A stretch of 37,741 nucleotides of DNA from Candidatus Liptonbacteria bacterium (GCA_019923695.1 JAHXGO010000002.1:1-37741), one strand, 5' to 3'; shown: positions 25,694-36,007, counted from the stretch's first letter. The notes: generated by a model from the sequence alone, not told the origin. Numbers and translations: made by a program.

Positions 25694-26893
25694 TTATTTT
25701 ATAATTTTAGTAATAATCCCAGCGCCAACGGTTTTTCCTCCTTCACGAATAGCAAATCTCTGTTGTTCTTCCATAGCTACCGGAACTATTAATTTAACAC
25801 TTATTTTAACAGTATCTCCTGGCATTGCCATTTCAATACCGCTTGGTAAAATCATTTCTCCGGTTACATCAGTTGTTCGGAAATAAAACTGGGGTTTATA
25901 TCCAGCAAAAATAGGAGTGTGACGGCCTCCTTCTTCTTTACTCAAAAGTAAAATTTCCGCTTCAAATTCAGTATGAGGAGTAATTGAACCAATAGCCGCA
26001 ATAACCTGACCTCTTTCAGCATCTTCTTTTTTAATGCCGCGAAGTAAAATTCCAACATTATCTCCAGCCTGACCTTCTTCAAGTAGTTTATTAAACATTT
26101 CAATACCAGTAACAATCGCTCTCTGAACTGGCCTTAAACCGACAATTTCTATTTCTTCATTAAGTTTAATTTTCCCTCTTTCGGCGCGGCCGGTGACAAC
26201 CGTCCCACGACCTTCAATTGAAAAAATATCTTCAATCGGCATAAGAAATGGTTTATCAATTTCTCGAGTCGGTTGAGGGATATTTTCATCAACTACATTA
26301 ATAAGTTCAAAAATAGGTTTAAGCGCCTCATCGTCAACAGATTTAGCTTCTAAGGCCTTCAAAGCTGACCCCTTAACTATAGAAATTTCATTTCCCGGAA
26401 AGCCATATTTTAATAACAACTCTCTAATTTCAGCTTCAACCAAACTAACAAGTTCAGGATCATCCACAATATCAACTTTATTTAAAAATACGACAATCGC
26501 TGGAACCCCAACTTGACGCGCAAGTAAAATATGTTCTCTAGTTTGAGGCATTGGTCCATCAGCCGCAGAAACTACTAAAATCGCTCCATCCATCTGGGCT
26601 GCGCCGGTAATCATATTTTTAATGTAATCAGCATGACCAGGAGCGTCAATATGAGCATAATGCCTTTTTTCCGATTCATACTCGGAATGATGAAGAGCAA
26701 TAGTAATTCCTCTTGCTCTCTCTTCTGGAGCATTATCGATTTGATCGACTGTTTCCTTTTTTTTAATATAGCCTTTTAAAAATAAGGCATTCATAATAGC
26801 TGCGGTAAGAGTAGTTTTGCCGTGATCAACATGACCGATTGTCCCAATATTGATGTGCGGCTTAACGCGTTCAAATTTTTCTTTTTCTGCCAT
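25694..26893 (-). CDS. tuf: Elongation factor Tu
   Basis: [34 protein letters not shown]. Confidence 0.99.
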   Translation of the reverse strand: MAEKEKFERVKPHINIGTIGHVDHGKTTLTAAIMNALFLKGYIKKKETVDQIDNAPEERARGITIALHHSEYESEKRHYAHIDAPGHADYIKNMITGAAQMDGAILVVSAADGPMPQTREHILLARQVGVPAIVVFLNKVDIVDDPELVSLVEAEIRELLLKYGFPGNEISIVKGSALKALEAKSVDDEALKPIFELINVVDENIPQPTREIDKPFLMPIEDIFSIEGRGTVVTGRAERGKIKLNEEIEIVGLRPVQRAIVTGIEMFNKLLEEGQAGDNVGILLRGIKKEDAERGQVIAAIGSITPHTEFEAEILLLSKEEGGRHTPIFAGYKPQFYFRTTDVTGEMILPSGIEMAMPGDTVKISVKLIVPVAMEEQQRFAIREGGKTVGAGIITKIIK

Positions 26894-26989
26894 AGTAATT
26901 TATTTAATCTATTTTTATTTTTTACCTTCTTATATTTTTTTATAAAAACTTAGGAAGGCGAATTTTTTATTAATTTCTTCGACTTTAAA

Positions 26990-27017
26990 ATTATAATAAA
27001 TATTCCTCTAATGTCAA
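26990..27017 (-). promoter_or_regulatory. Consensus sigma70 promoter for tuf
   Basis: Minus strand TTGACA (27017-27012)-N16-TATAAT (26995-26990). Confidence 0.7.
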
Positions 27018-27037
27018 TTCATTTTATTACAAAACAA

Positions 27038-29176
27038 CTATTTTTTACCTTCTATAATTGCCGACTCAACATTTTTTGGAACACGCTCATAATTAGAAAA
27101 CTCCATTGTAAAAACTCCTCTTCCTTGAGTCATTGAGCGCAAATGAGTCGCATAACCAAACATTTCAGATAAAGGAACCATTGAATCAATAACTTTAATA
27201 TTATCTCTGTCGCTAATAGAATCAATTCTCCCTCTTCTTGAAGAAAGGTTGCCAGCAACATCTCCCAAGAAATCAGACGGAATAATCACCTGAAGTTTCA
27301 TTATTGGTTCCAAAATAACAGGTTTGGCATTCTTTACCGCCTCTTGTAAGGCAATAGAAGCCGCGATTTTAAAAGCTATTTCAGAAGAATCAACATCATG
27401 AAAAGAACCATCATAAAGTGTAACTTCCATATCAATTAAAGGATAGCCGGCAACCATTCCTTTGCTCATTGATTCTTTAACGCCTTTTTCAACCGCGGAA
27501 ATAAATTCTTTTGGAATTACCCCTCCTTTAATCGCGTCAATAAAAATAAATCCTTTCCCACTTTCCAGAGGAACAACTTTTAACCAAACATGTCCATACT
27601 GACCTCGACCGCCAGACTGACGAATATATTTTCCTTCTGCCTTAGAAGTTTCTTGAATCGTTTCTTTATAAGCGACTTGCGGGCGTCCGACATTAGCGTC
27701 AACAACAAATTCTCTTCTCATTCTTTCAACCAAAACATCAAGATGTAATTCTCCCATACCGGAAATAATCGTATCCCCAGTCTCTAAATCTCCCGAAACT
27801 CTAAAAGTAGGATCTTCTTCCATAAGCCTTCTCAAAGCCAAGCCCATTTTTTCTTGGTCAGCTTTTGTTTTCGGAGAAATTCTTTGAGAAATAACCGGTT
27901 CTGGAAAAACGATTTTTTCTAAAATAATAGGATTTTCCACATCGCATAAAGTATCTCCTGTAGTCGTATCTTTAAGTCCGACTAAGGCGCAAATATCACC
28001 CGTATAAACTTCTTCCACTTCTTCTCTTTCATTAGCGTGCATTCTTAAAATTCTGCCCGCTCTTTCTTGATTCTCTTTTACGGCATTTAAAATATAACTG
28101 CCTCTTTTAAGGACGCCGCTGTAAACCCGAAAATAAGTAAGAGAACCGACAAAAGGATCAGCGGCAATTTTAAAAGCTAAAGCTGAAAATGGTTCACCGT
28201 CTTCAGGTCTCCTCTCGACTTCACTTTCGTTTTTCAAATTAATTCCTTTAACAGGAGGTAAATCAACAGGCGAAGGCAAATAATCTATTACCGCATCCAA
28301 AATCAACTGAACCCCTTTGTTTTTTAAAGCAGAACCGCAAAGAACTGGAACTAAATTATTATTTAGGGTCGCTTTTCTTAAAACTCTTTTTAAATCGTCT
28401 TCTCCAATTTCCTTTTTTTTGGACTGCCCTTCGGCCGCAGATTGTTCTTCGATCATAGTAAGATAATCATTAAGTAATTCCTCGTCATTCTCAACCACTT
28501 TTTCAACTAAGATAGAACGCATCTGAATTGCTTGTTCCATAAGTTTCTCCGGGATATCATAACTTACTATTTTTTCGCCATGTTCCCCCTCAAACCTGAA
28601 AGCTTTCATTTTTATAAGATCTATCACCCCTTCAAATTCCGATTCGTTTCCAATCGGCAATTGAATAGCAACAGCGTTTGGAGTCAACCGTTCAATAATT
28701 GATTTAAAACTTTTTTCAAAACTTGCCCCTATCCTGTCTATTTTATTAATAAAACAAATTCTCGGAACTTTATAATCATCGGCGTAACGCCAATTAGTTT
28801 CTGATTGTGGCTCAACTCCAGCTACTCCGTCAAAAACAACAACCGCTCCATCAAGAATTCTTAAAGAACGCTTAACCTCAACAGTAAAGTCAATATGACC
28901 CGGAGTATCAATAAGATTTATTCTGTGTTTATTTTCTTCGCCTTCTTCAATATAACTCGGGGCCCAAAAACAAGTGGTGGCAGCAGCAGTAATAGTAATC
29001 CCTCTTTCTCTTTCTTGTTCCATCCAATCCATAACCGCGGCCCCCTCATGAACTTCGCCTATTTTATAAGAAGTACCGGTATAAAAAAGAATTCTTTCAC
29101 TAACTGTTGTTTTACCAGCGTCAATGTGAGCGATTATACCTATATTTCTATATTTTTCTAACGGATATTTTCTCAT
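27038..29176 (-). CDS. fusA: Elongation factor G
   Basis: [43 protein letters not shown]. Confidence 0.99.
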   Translation of the reverse strand: MRKYPLEKYRNIGIIAHIDAGKTTVSERILFYTGTSYKIGEVHEGAAVMDWMEQERERGITITAAATTCFWAPSYIEEGEENKHRINLIDTPGHIDFTVEVKRSLRILDGAVVVFDGVAGVEPQSETNWRYADDYKVPRICFINKIDRIGASFEKSFKSIIERLTPNAVAIQLPIGNESEFEGVIDLIKMKAFRFEGEHGEKIVSYDIPEKLMEQAIQMRSILVEKVVENDEELLNDYLTMIEEQSAAEGQSKKKEIGEDDLKRVLRKATLNNNLVPVLCGSALKNKGVQLILDAVIDYLPSPVDLPPVKGINLKNESEVERRPEDGEPFSALAFKIAADPFVGSLTYFRVYSGVLKRGSYILNAVKENQERAGRILRMHANEREEVEEVYTGDICALVGLKDTTTGDTLCDVENPIILEKIVFPEPVISQRISPKTKADQEKMGLALRRLMEEDPTFRVSGDLETGDTIISGMGELHLDVLVERMRREFVVDANVGRPQVAYKETIQETSKAEGKYIRQSGGRGQYGHVWLKVVPLESGKGFIFIDAIKGGVIPKEFISAVEKGVKESMSKGMVAGYPLIDMEVTLYDGSFHDVDSSEIAFKIAASIALQEAVKNAKPVILEPIMKLQVIIPSDFLGDVAGNLSSRRGRIDSISDRDNIKVIDSMVPLSEMFGYATHLRSMTQGRGVFTMEFSNYERVPKNVESAIIEGKK
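28422..28457. repeat. Two 18-bp units inside fusA
   Basis: Reverse complement tatgatcgaagaacaatc+tgcggccgaagggcagtc, encoding [12 protein letters not shown]. Confidence 0.82.
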
Positions 29177-29267
29177 AATTAAAAAATAAAATTCAAATAT
29201 TTTACCATGCTCTTTTGAATATTCACTAAAATAACAAAATAAAAAAACTATAACTCAAAATTAAAGA

Positions 29268-29319
29268 GATTATCTTTTGGCCAGAGGTTGTCCCTTTACC
29301 CTTTGACCAGAGGAAAACC
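29268..29319. repeat. 18-bp family units in the rpsG-fusA spacer
   Basis: gattat-cttttggccagagg-ttgt-ccc...cctttgaccagagg-aaaacc. Confidence 0.7.
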
Positions 29320-29783
29320 TACCATGAAAAATGACCAAAAACGCGATTAGATTCAGCCATCCGGTGAATATCCTGCTTTTTTTTAATAGCAGCTCCTTCG
29401 TTTTTAGAAGCTTGTAAAAGTTCTTCGACCAATTTTTCAGTTATTCCCTTGCCCTTTTTTGACCGAGCAGATTCAATAATCCATTTGCAAGCAAGCATAA
29501 ATTTTCTTTCAGGCCGAACCTCTCTGGGAACCTGATAATTGGCTCCTCCAATTCTCTTTGAAGCCACTTCAACAAGCGGCATAGCATTTTGAACCGCTTT
29601 TTCAAAAATCTCAATAGGATTATGTTTCTCCTTTTCCAAAACTTTAAAAGCCAAATAAAGGTTTTTTTCCGCAATAGATTTTTTCCCGTCAATCATCAAA
29701 TAATTAATAAACCTACTAACAGCTATATTATTATAAAGCGCGTCTGGTTTGCGTTCTCTTTTATAATTTCTTTTTTTTCTCAT
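29319..29783 (-). CDS. rpsG: 30S ribosomal protein uS7
   Basis: MIDGKKSIA, RIGGANYQVP, HRMAESN. Confidence 0.98.
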   Translation of the reverse strand: MRKKRNYKRERKPDALYNNIAVSRFINYLMIDGKKSIAEKNLYLAFKVLEKEKHNPIEIFEKAVQNAMPLVEVASKRIGGANYQVPREVRPERKFMLACKWIIESARSKKGKGITEKLVEELLQASKNEGAAIKKKQDIHRMAESNRVFGHFSW

Positions 29784-29832
29784 AAGGAATAATAATAAAA
29801 TTTTATAATTTTAATATATTGAATCTAAACTA

Positions 29833-30255
29833 TTATCGAGACTCTTTTTTTGGCGCTTTCGCCCCATATTTACTTCTTTGTTGACGACGATTAGAAACAC
29901 CTTCAGTATCTAAAATACCACGAACAACATGATATCTAACTCCCGGCAAATCTTTAACCCTGCCGCCACGAATTAAAACAACTGAATGTTCTTGAAGATT
30001 GTGTCCTTCTCCGGGAATATAAGCGGTAACCTCCATACCATTAGTTAAACGAAGACGGCAAACTTTTCTTAAAGCAGAGTTTGGTTTTTTTGGAGTAACC
30101 GTAAAAACTTTTAAACATACCCCTCTTTTAAAAGAAGAATAAGACTTAACGGGTTTATTTCTCAAAACATTAAAATATCGTCCAAGAGCTGGAGTTTTTG
30201 TTTTTTTAGTTATTTTCCGTCTACCTCTTTTTACCAATTGATTAATCGTAGGCAT
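29833..30255 (-). CDS. rpsL: 30S ribosomal protein uS12
   Basis: [28 protein letters not shown]. Confidence 0.99.
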   Translation of the reverse strand: MPTINQLVKRGRRKITKKTKTPALGRYFNVLRNKPVKSYSSFKRGVCLKVFTVTPKKPNSALRKVCRLRLTNGMEVTAYIPGEGHNLQEHSVVLIRGGRVKDLPGVRYHVVRGILDTEGVSNRRQQRSKYGAKAPKKESR

Positions 30256-30262
30256 ATTTATT

Positions 30263-30292
30263 AATATAAAAGAAAAATAATGTTTGTGTCAA
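30263..30292 (-). promoter_or_regulatory. Probable sigma70 promoter of the str operon
   Basis: Minus strand TTGACA (30292-30287)-N18-TATATT (30268-30263), only 7 nt from the rpsL ATG. Confidence 0.55.
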
Positions 30293-30342
30293 TCCTGAAA
30301 AGTCTAATAGGCTTTTACTTTATCAAAAACTTCTTTAAGAAA

Positions 30343-30963
30343 TCAATAAAACAACGACCCAGTGATTATTCTGAAAATAATATTAGCTAAAGGCCCTAAG
30401 ATAAACATTGCGGCTAAAAACGCAAATAAAATTCCAAAAATTCCCAATCTTTCTGAAATCTGCCTAAAAAATTTAGGAAACAAATCTTCAAATATTTTTG
30501 AGCCATCAAGCGGAGGAAGGGGCAATAAATTAAATAAAGCCAAAAAAATATTTATATAAATAACAAATCCCCAAAAATCCCAAAACCCAGCTGGCGCATA
30601 AATACTTGGTTCTAAAAATCTTAAAATTAATCCAAAAAAAACCGCAATTATCAAATTAGTTAAAGGCCCGGCAGCCGCCACTTTTAAAGAGCCGTATCTT
30701 TGATCTTTTAAAGCATAAGGATTATAAGGCACCGGCTTAGCCCAACCAATAAAAACTCCAGAATAAAAAAGCAAAAAAAGAGGGACAATTACCGTTCCTA
30801 ATGGGTCTAAATGCGCTAAAGGATTAAGAGTTAAACGGCCTTCTCTTTTAGCGGTGTCATCTCCTAAGGCATAAGCTGCCCAAGCATGAGCATATTCATG
30901 AAAAATAGCTGACGCAACAATTACCGCATATATTAATAATTTAATCACATTAGGATCGTTCAT
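30343..30963 (-). CDS. Site-2 protease (M50) family membrane metalloprotease
   Basis: FHEYAH, AAAGP, FNLLPLPPLDG. Confidence 0.95.
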   Translation of the reverse strand: MNDPNVIKLLIYAVIVASAIFHEYAHAWAAYALGDDTAKREGRLTLNPLAHLDPLGTVIVPLFLLFYSGVFIGWAKPVPYNPYALKDQRYGSLKVAAAGPLTNLIIAVFFGLILRFLEPSIYAPAGFWDFWGFVIYINIFLALFNLLPLPPLDGSKIFEDLFPKFFRQISERLGIFGILFAFLAAMFILGPLANIIFRIITGSLFY

Positions 30964-31160
30964 TAAAATATTATATCAGAGTTTTGTTTTGTCGTAAAAT
31001 AAAGTTTTTATAGATTAGATGACACATTACTTAATATATTGAATTTAAAGCTCTCCATAGTGAACTATTTAATTCAATATAATCACAACTTTTGATGATT
31101 CAAAAAATCTTTATTATTTAGCCAAGCGTTAGTTAAAATGAAAATAATAAAACTTATCAA

Positions 31161-31862
31161 CTAAATTCTAAGTTCTCTTAAAATTAGAATAGGAGTCTGA
31201 CAATTAGATTGAGTGGCTGGATTATCTTTTAAAATTTCCAGCATTAATTTTTCCTTACCTATTAAATCCCGACTTTTTCCTAAAATGTTCCCCCCTAAAT
31301 CATTGACATCAGCCACCAGAAAAAAAAATCCATATTTTTCTTTGAAGTTTTGACAAAGATTGTCGCAATTTTTTAAACCGAGAATACCCATCTCACCATA
31401 TTGGGGAAATATTTTGTCATAAAAACCATCAATTTGAGAAATCTGATGGCCAGCCACCCAATAAAAAACACCATAAATTTTAAAAACTTTACAGACCCCA
31501 GCCAAAATTGAAGCCAATAAAATTCTTGGCAAACCAGCCAAATTAATGGCTAACTGCATTTTTAAAGGATTGCCAACCGAAAAACCGGCTGTTGTCTTTT
31601 TAACAAACCCTGAAAGAAAAGAAGCCCAAAAACCTATTTTTAAATCTTTTTTATAAACAACTTTTCCTTCTAAGATTGAAATAATTTTTTGACCCAAAAC
31701 CACAATATCCCCTTTTTCTAAATAGGCCAAAACATAATTTTCTAAAATTTCTGCCAAAGAATCTTTTTCGCTAATAAAATGTGTTTTTATTGGATAGCGA
31801 GCCCACCTTTGGCCCGAAACTTCAATTATTAGTTTTTTACCAGGATTAGGTTGAAACTCCAT
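31161..31862 (-). CDS. F420:gamma-glutamyl ligase-like (CofE-fold) protein
   Basis: PIKTHFI...D, KIISILEG, IDG, ADVNDLGG, DNPATQ..QTP resemble the F420_ligase family; the true substrate is unknown. Confidence 0.7.
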   Translation of the reverse strand: MEFQPNPGKKLIIEVSGQRWARYPIKTHFISEKDSLAEILENYVLAYLEKGDIVVLGQKIISILEGKVVYKKDLKIGFWASFLSGFVKKTTAGFSVGNPLKMQLAINLAGLPRILLASILAGVCKVFKIYGVFYWVAGHQISQIDGFYDKIFPQYGEMGILGLKNCDNLCQNFKEKYGFFFLVADVNDLGGNILGKSRDLIGKEKLMLEILKDNPATQSNCQTPILILRELRI

Positions 31863-32358
31863 TAATTTTATTTTAATCTTTTTAAGCTAAAATTAAAAAT
31901 CTATACATAAGTCCATAATATTCTGGAAAACCCAAAATTTTTTATTAAATATTATATCAAACTTTGATTGTTTAAAAAAAAGCGTGTATAAGGCTAACCA
32001 AACTTATGTCTCTAAAACCATTTAAATTATTAATCTTACAACGATATTATAAAATGGTTTATTGAATCTTCCTTACGAAGTTCAATTTTACAAGAAATAA
32101 AAAATAATGTAAAATTCAAAAATCAAAAATTTCTTTCGTTAGTTTTCAATTTTCAATTTTCAATAAATTTTACAATTTTATAATTTCCAAACTTACGGTT
32201 ATTCTTATAAAGTTAAACTTCAATAGACTTCTCCAAAAAATCACTAATTTGTTAAGAAATAAAAATGTTTAGAAATTGGAAATTCGAATTATCAAGATAT
32301 ATCTTATTGTAAAACTCTATAAAACTAAAGTTCTAAAGAATACAATATATTTATAACA

Positions 32359-32533
32359 TTATCTGTAAGAATCTCGAGTGTTATTTACACTTTTAATTTT
32401 ATATTCAAGGACAGGTTGTCTTGAAGAACATCTTACAGATGCGTTTTTGCCGCTGGAGCAAAAATATTCTGGTTCTGAAAGACAATCTGTCCGAAAATGT
32501 AAACAACATTATGAAATTTTACAGATTATGTAA
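32359..32533. repeat. Hairpin-forming dispersed element, copy 2
   Basis: Near-identical to 4381-4564 except a 9-nt shorter central segment and a few substitutions. Confidence 0.85.
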
Positions 32534-32538
32534 TCAAT

Positions 32539-32574
32539 AAAAAATCCCTCCTTTTTTAATACGGGAGGGATTTT
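32539..32574 (-). terminator. Intrinsic terminator
   Basis: aaaatccctcc...ggagggatttt stem with U-tract on the minus strand. Confidence 0.7.
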
Positions 32575-32595
32575 GGTTAAGCAATAAAAAGAATT

Positions 32596-32634
32596 TTATT
32601 TCTTTTTTTTCTTAGCCACTTTCTTTTTTGCCAT
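32596..32634 (-). CDS. Candidate 12-aa Lys-rich micro-ORF MAKKKVAKKKKK
   Basis: ATG GCA AAA AAG AAA GTG GCT AAG AAA AAA AAG AAA TAA, followed about 20 nt later by a terminator. Confidence 0.45.
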   Translation of the reverse strand: MAKKKVAKKKKK

Positions 32635-32964
32635 AAAAAGTTTTTTATATATAGTGAGGCTAATAAAAGTTGCCGACCATTCAATTCCATTAGCTCTTGT
32701 TTAATTTTAGAACAAATAACTTTTAAAAAAAATGTGGATAACTTCTATTGATCTTAAAACTTTAATTTATCAATTAATAAAGTAAAAATTTTTGTTAAAA
32801 TAATGATGTCCTGCCTTTTTTCTTCTATACTAACTTTGTTTTAGATAAAAAACGAAGGCTCAATAACAACAAAATAAATTTTTTAGAAAAGATAAAATTT
32901 TAATTTTTATAACTAAAGCTCCTTAATTTTTAATTAAGATTTTCGGAAGTTTTTCACTGAAGTT

Positions 32965-33915
32965 TTAAGACAAAATTTGGATTTCTTCTTCCAGTTTAAT
33001 GTCAAACTGTTTTAAAACCTCTGATTTAACAAGGTTGATCAAATAAATGACATCATTAGAAGAAGCGTTATCAATATTAACAATAAAATTTGAATGTTTG
33101 TCGGAAATCATCGCGCCACCTTGACAGACTCCCTTAAGCCCAGCCTTATGTATAAGATAAGCGGCAGGAATAACTGGGAAAGGATCAGTTTTAATTACTT
33201 CGGCGAATAATTTTCGTTGATCCAAAGGAACTTTTTCAATCGCAACATTTTTAAAAACGCTTCCGGCGTTTGGATATTCCAAGGGTTGTTTTTCTAAACG
33301 ATAAGAAAAATTTTTTTCGATTTCTTTTTTCATAAGCTCTTTATCAGCCGAAGTAAAGGATAAAGCCGCCTTTAAAATAATTTCATTATCGTTAGTTTTA
33401 AAAATACTTGAACGATAGTTAAACTCGCAATCTTTATTTTTTCTTATAACAAAATTATCAGGATTTTTTATTTCAAGACTTAAAACCTCATAAACCGATC
33501 CTTTTATTTCTTTTCCGAAGGCGCCAGCATTCCCTCTTATAGCCCCGCCTAATGTTCCGGGCAAACCAGCTGCCCACTCTAAACCGGACAAGCTTCTTTC
33601 CTGCGAATAATTAACCAAGTTATTCATTAAAACGCCAGCGCCTGCTTCAATTAAATAATCGTCAATTAAATTTATAAAATCAAAATTTATTTTCAAAACC
33701 AAACCATTAAATCCCTCATCGCTAAATAAAACATTTGTCCCGCCGCCTAAAATAAAAATCTTTAAGTCTTTGTTTTCAGAAAAAAGTTTTTTAAATGTTT
33801 TAAAAACTTCTTTTATATCCTTAATATCAGAAACCTCGAAAAAAAAACGCGCCGGACCACCAATGCGATAATGAGAATAATCTTTTAATAAGATATTTGT
33901 TTTAAAATTAATCAT
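32965..33915 (-). CDS. murB: UDP-N-acetylenolpyruvoylglucosamine reductase
   Basis: RIGGPA, LGGGTNVL, GLPGTLGGAIRGNAGA, AGSVFKN, HSNFIVN. Confidence 0.97.
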   Translation of the reverse strand: MINFKTNILLKDYSHYRIGGPARFFFEVSDIKDIKEVFKTFKKLFSENKDLKIFILGGGTNVLFSDEGFNGLVLKINFDFINLIDDYLIEAGAGVLMNNLVNYSQERSLSGLEWAAGLPGTLGGAIRGNAGAFGKEIKGSVYEVLSLEIKNPDNFVIRKNKDCEFNYRSSIFKTNDNEIILKAALSFTSADKELMKKEIEKNFSYRLEKQPLEYPNAGSVFKNVAIEKVPLDQRKLFAEVIKTDPFPVIPAAYLIHKAGLKGVCQGGAMISDKHSNFIVNIDNASSNDVIYLINLVKSEVLKQFDIKLEEEIQILS

Positions 33916-33954
33916 TAAGGTTGACGAAAATTCAACTTAGAAATAAATAATGCT

Positions 33955-34104
33955 TTATTTTTTGGTTTTAATATCATTATTCCTTAAATTAAATTTGTAT
34001 ATTTTAAATACTTTATTCCGAAGCCTATAAATAAAATTATTAAAAACAAAAAAAACAAAATAGAAGAAAATTATTACTAAAATCGCGATTAATATATTAA
34101 ACAT
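33955..34104 (-). CDS. Possible 49-aa small membrane protein
   Basis: MFNILIAILVIIFFYFVFFVFNNFIYRLRNKVFKIYKFNLRNNDIKTKK; could arise by chance in AT-rich DNA. Confidence 0.3.
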   Translation of the reverse strand: MFNILIAILVIIFFYFVFFVFNNFIYRLRNKVFKIYKFNLRNNDIKTKK

Positions 34105-34275
34105 AATTCTATTTTTTAGCAAAACGAAACTTCAATATAATGCTAAAATCTAATTTTACAAGAAAACTATATCAAATAACTGTCGATGATGAAATACCCC
34201 CTGCTTAAAAAGAATAAGAAAAAAACTCAACCCCCTTGTCCTATTTAAAAATAAATTTTTAACAGAATCAAAAAA

Positions 34276-35076
34276 TTAATGATGGTTATTACTATTACGG
34301 CCCAGTCTTTTTAATAATTCGCCGGCTGCTCTTAATTCAGCTTCTTGCTTTGATTCCCCTAATCCCTCGGCTTTTATCTCATTATCAAAATAAACTCCAA
34401 CTTTAAAAATCTTTTCATGATCAGACCCCATTTCGTCCAAAACTTTATAAGTCGGAGTAATTTTATATTCGCTTTGAATAATTTCCTGAAGCAAGCTTTT
34501 AGCGTCTTTATAAAGACCTTTTTCTTCTATCTCCGGAAGGTATAAAATAAGAAAGCTATCAACAAAATATTGAGCCTTTTCATATCCCTGGTCAAGATAA
34601 ATCGCGCCAATTAACGCTTCAAAAGCATTTGCCAATATTGTTTCAAACGAACGATTATTCATTTGAACCTCTCCCTTAGAAAGTAAAATATAATCTTTTA
34701 AAGAAAGACTTTCCGAAGCCTTAAAAAGCATTTTTGAATTCACTAAAGACGCCCTTAAAAGAGTAAGTTTCCCCTCTTCAAGTTGAGGATATTTTTCAAA
34801 AAGATAGCGGGTGACAATAAGCTCTAATACAGCATCGCCCAAAAATTCTAACCGTTCATTATGAGGAAGTTTCCAAAAAAAGTTTTCATTCAAATACGAA
34901 CGATGAGTCAGTGCTTCTTTTAATAAGTCTTTATTATTAAAATTTGTTCCTATTTTTTTTTCTAAAACTGATAAATCCATAAACTGTCCGTTGACCAAAG
35001 GTTGTCCATTAGTCAAAAGTTTTCCATTAGCTAAAGGTTTTGTTTTTTTATTTGATAATTTAATTTTAATTTTCAT
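34276..35076 (-). CDS. rnc: Ribonuclease III
   Basis: [19 protein letters not shown], dsRBD ([14 protein letters not shown]). True start is either 35076 (overlapping the nusB stop) or 34980. Confidence 0.97.
   Translation of the reverse strand: MKIKIKLSNKKTKPLANGKLLTNGQPLVNGQFMDLSVLEKKIGTNFNNKDLLKEALTHRSYLNENFFWKLPHNERLEFLGDAVLELIVTRYLFEKYPQLEEGKLTLLRASLVNSKMLFKASESLSLKDYILLSKGEVQMNNRSFETILANAFEALIGAIYLDQGYEKAQYFVDSFLILYLPEIEEKGLYKDAKSLLQEIIQSEYKITPTYKVLDEMGSDHEKIFKVGVYFDNEIKAEGLGESKQEAELRAAGELLKRLGRNSNNHH
34982..35035. repeat. Three 18-bp units at the rnc 5' end
   Basis: Reverse complement tttagctaatggaaaact, tttgactaatggacaacc, tttggtcaacggacagtt. Confidence 0.88.
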
Positions 35077-35566
35077 TTTTTACTTTTCTGTTTTTTTCAA
35101 TTGTTTTTTTTGGTATTTCGTTTTTATCAGGCTCTCCAATTTCCCGATAAACAGTCCCTAAAACGCCATTGATAAATTTTCCGGCATTAGCGCTGCCATA
35201 AGCCTTTGCCAGTTCAATCGCTTCATCAATAGCAACCCGAGGAGGAACTTCCTGTTTATCAGCAAAAAGAAGCTCGTATAAACCTATGCGTAAAATATTT
35301 CGGTCAATCAAAGAAACTTGTTCAAGGGGCCACCCTGGCGCCGCCTTTTTAATAATTTCATCAAGCTCCCTTTGTTTATTTAAAACGCCATTAATAATCT
35401 TAAAAACAAAGTCTTTGCCATCTAAATCAGGGCCAAACTCTTCAATATTTCGATTAACAATTAAATTGATATCACCAAGATGACCGTTAAAATGTTTTTC
35501 AAACATAAAGTCCCATTCATACAAAGACTGTAAAGCAATAGAACGGCTTAATTGGCGACTAGACAT
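35066..35566 (-). CDS. nusB: Transcription antitermination factor NusB
   Basis: [35 protein letters not shown]. Confidence 0.98.
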   Translation of the reverse strand: MSSRQLSRSIALQSLYEWDFMFEKHFNGHLGDINLIVNRNIEEFGPDLDGKDFVFKIINGVLNKQRELDEIIKKAAPGWPLEQVSLIDRNILRIGLYELLFADKQEVPPRVAIDEAIELAKAYGSANAGKFINGVLGTVYREIGEPDKNEIPKKTIEKNRKVKNEN

Positions 35567-35586
35567 TTTTAAAGATTATATAAAAC

Positions 35587-35745
35587 TTGATATAGCGAAC
35601 TTCGGACTCAATATATTAAGCGGCATACCGCTTGCTATGGCAAATCATAAATTTAATATATTAAACTGACTATTCACTATAGTAAACCTTGAATTCAATA
35701 TAGCAAAATAAAATTTAACGCATTGAGCTTTATTCAATATATCAA
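35587..35745. repeat. Eight-core palindromic array at about 21-bp period filling the rpmF-nusB spacer
   Basis: Cores at 35587, 35608, 35632, 35653, 35674, 35695, 35715, 35734. Confidence 0.82.
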
Positions 35746-35894
35746 GTTTTGTAAAATCCACAATTTAAACAAACGCAATGAGGCTTAAGAGGGCCTTTAC
35801 ATTTAAGACAAGTAGAGAGTTTCTGATTTTTTTTTCTTAAATTCGCTCTCCTTCGTCCTACTTTCGATCTTGTATGATGTTTGACTGGCGGCAT
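35742..35894 (-). CDS. rpmF: 50S ribosomal protein bL32, zinc-binding (not in ORF track)
   Basis: MPPVKHHTRSKVGRRRANLRKKNQKLSTCLKCKGPLKPHCVCLNCGFYKT*. Confidence 0.95.
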   Translation of the reverse strand: MPPVKHHTRSKVGRRRANLRKKNQKLSTCLKCKGPLKPHCVCLNCGFYKT

Positions 35895-36007
35895 ATTTTA
35901 AAAATTAAATTTGTAAGAATAATAACTATTTTTTCAAAAATAGTCAACTTCTTATTTTATATAACCACGCTTTATTTTAAACTCCAGAAAAGCTTTAAAC
36001 AATATTA

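Noticed and set aside
31161-31862. Evidence for F420 biosynthesis
   Set aside because: Only a lone CofE-like fold with no other cof/fbi genes in the window; function cannot be assigned.
35587-35745. CRISPR or TIGR-type guide array
   Set aside because: Repeats are 12 bp and degenerate, spacers are 7-12 nt and recur between loci, and there is no cas or Nop-domain (Tas) gene in the window. Kept as a palindromic mosaic array.
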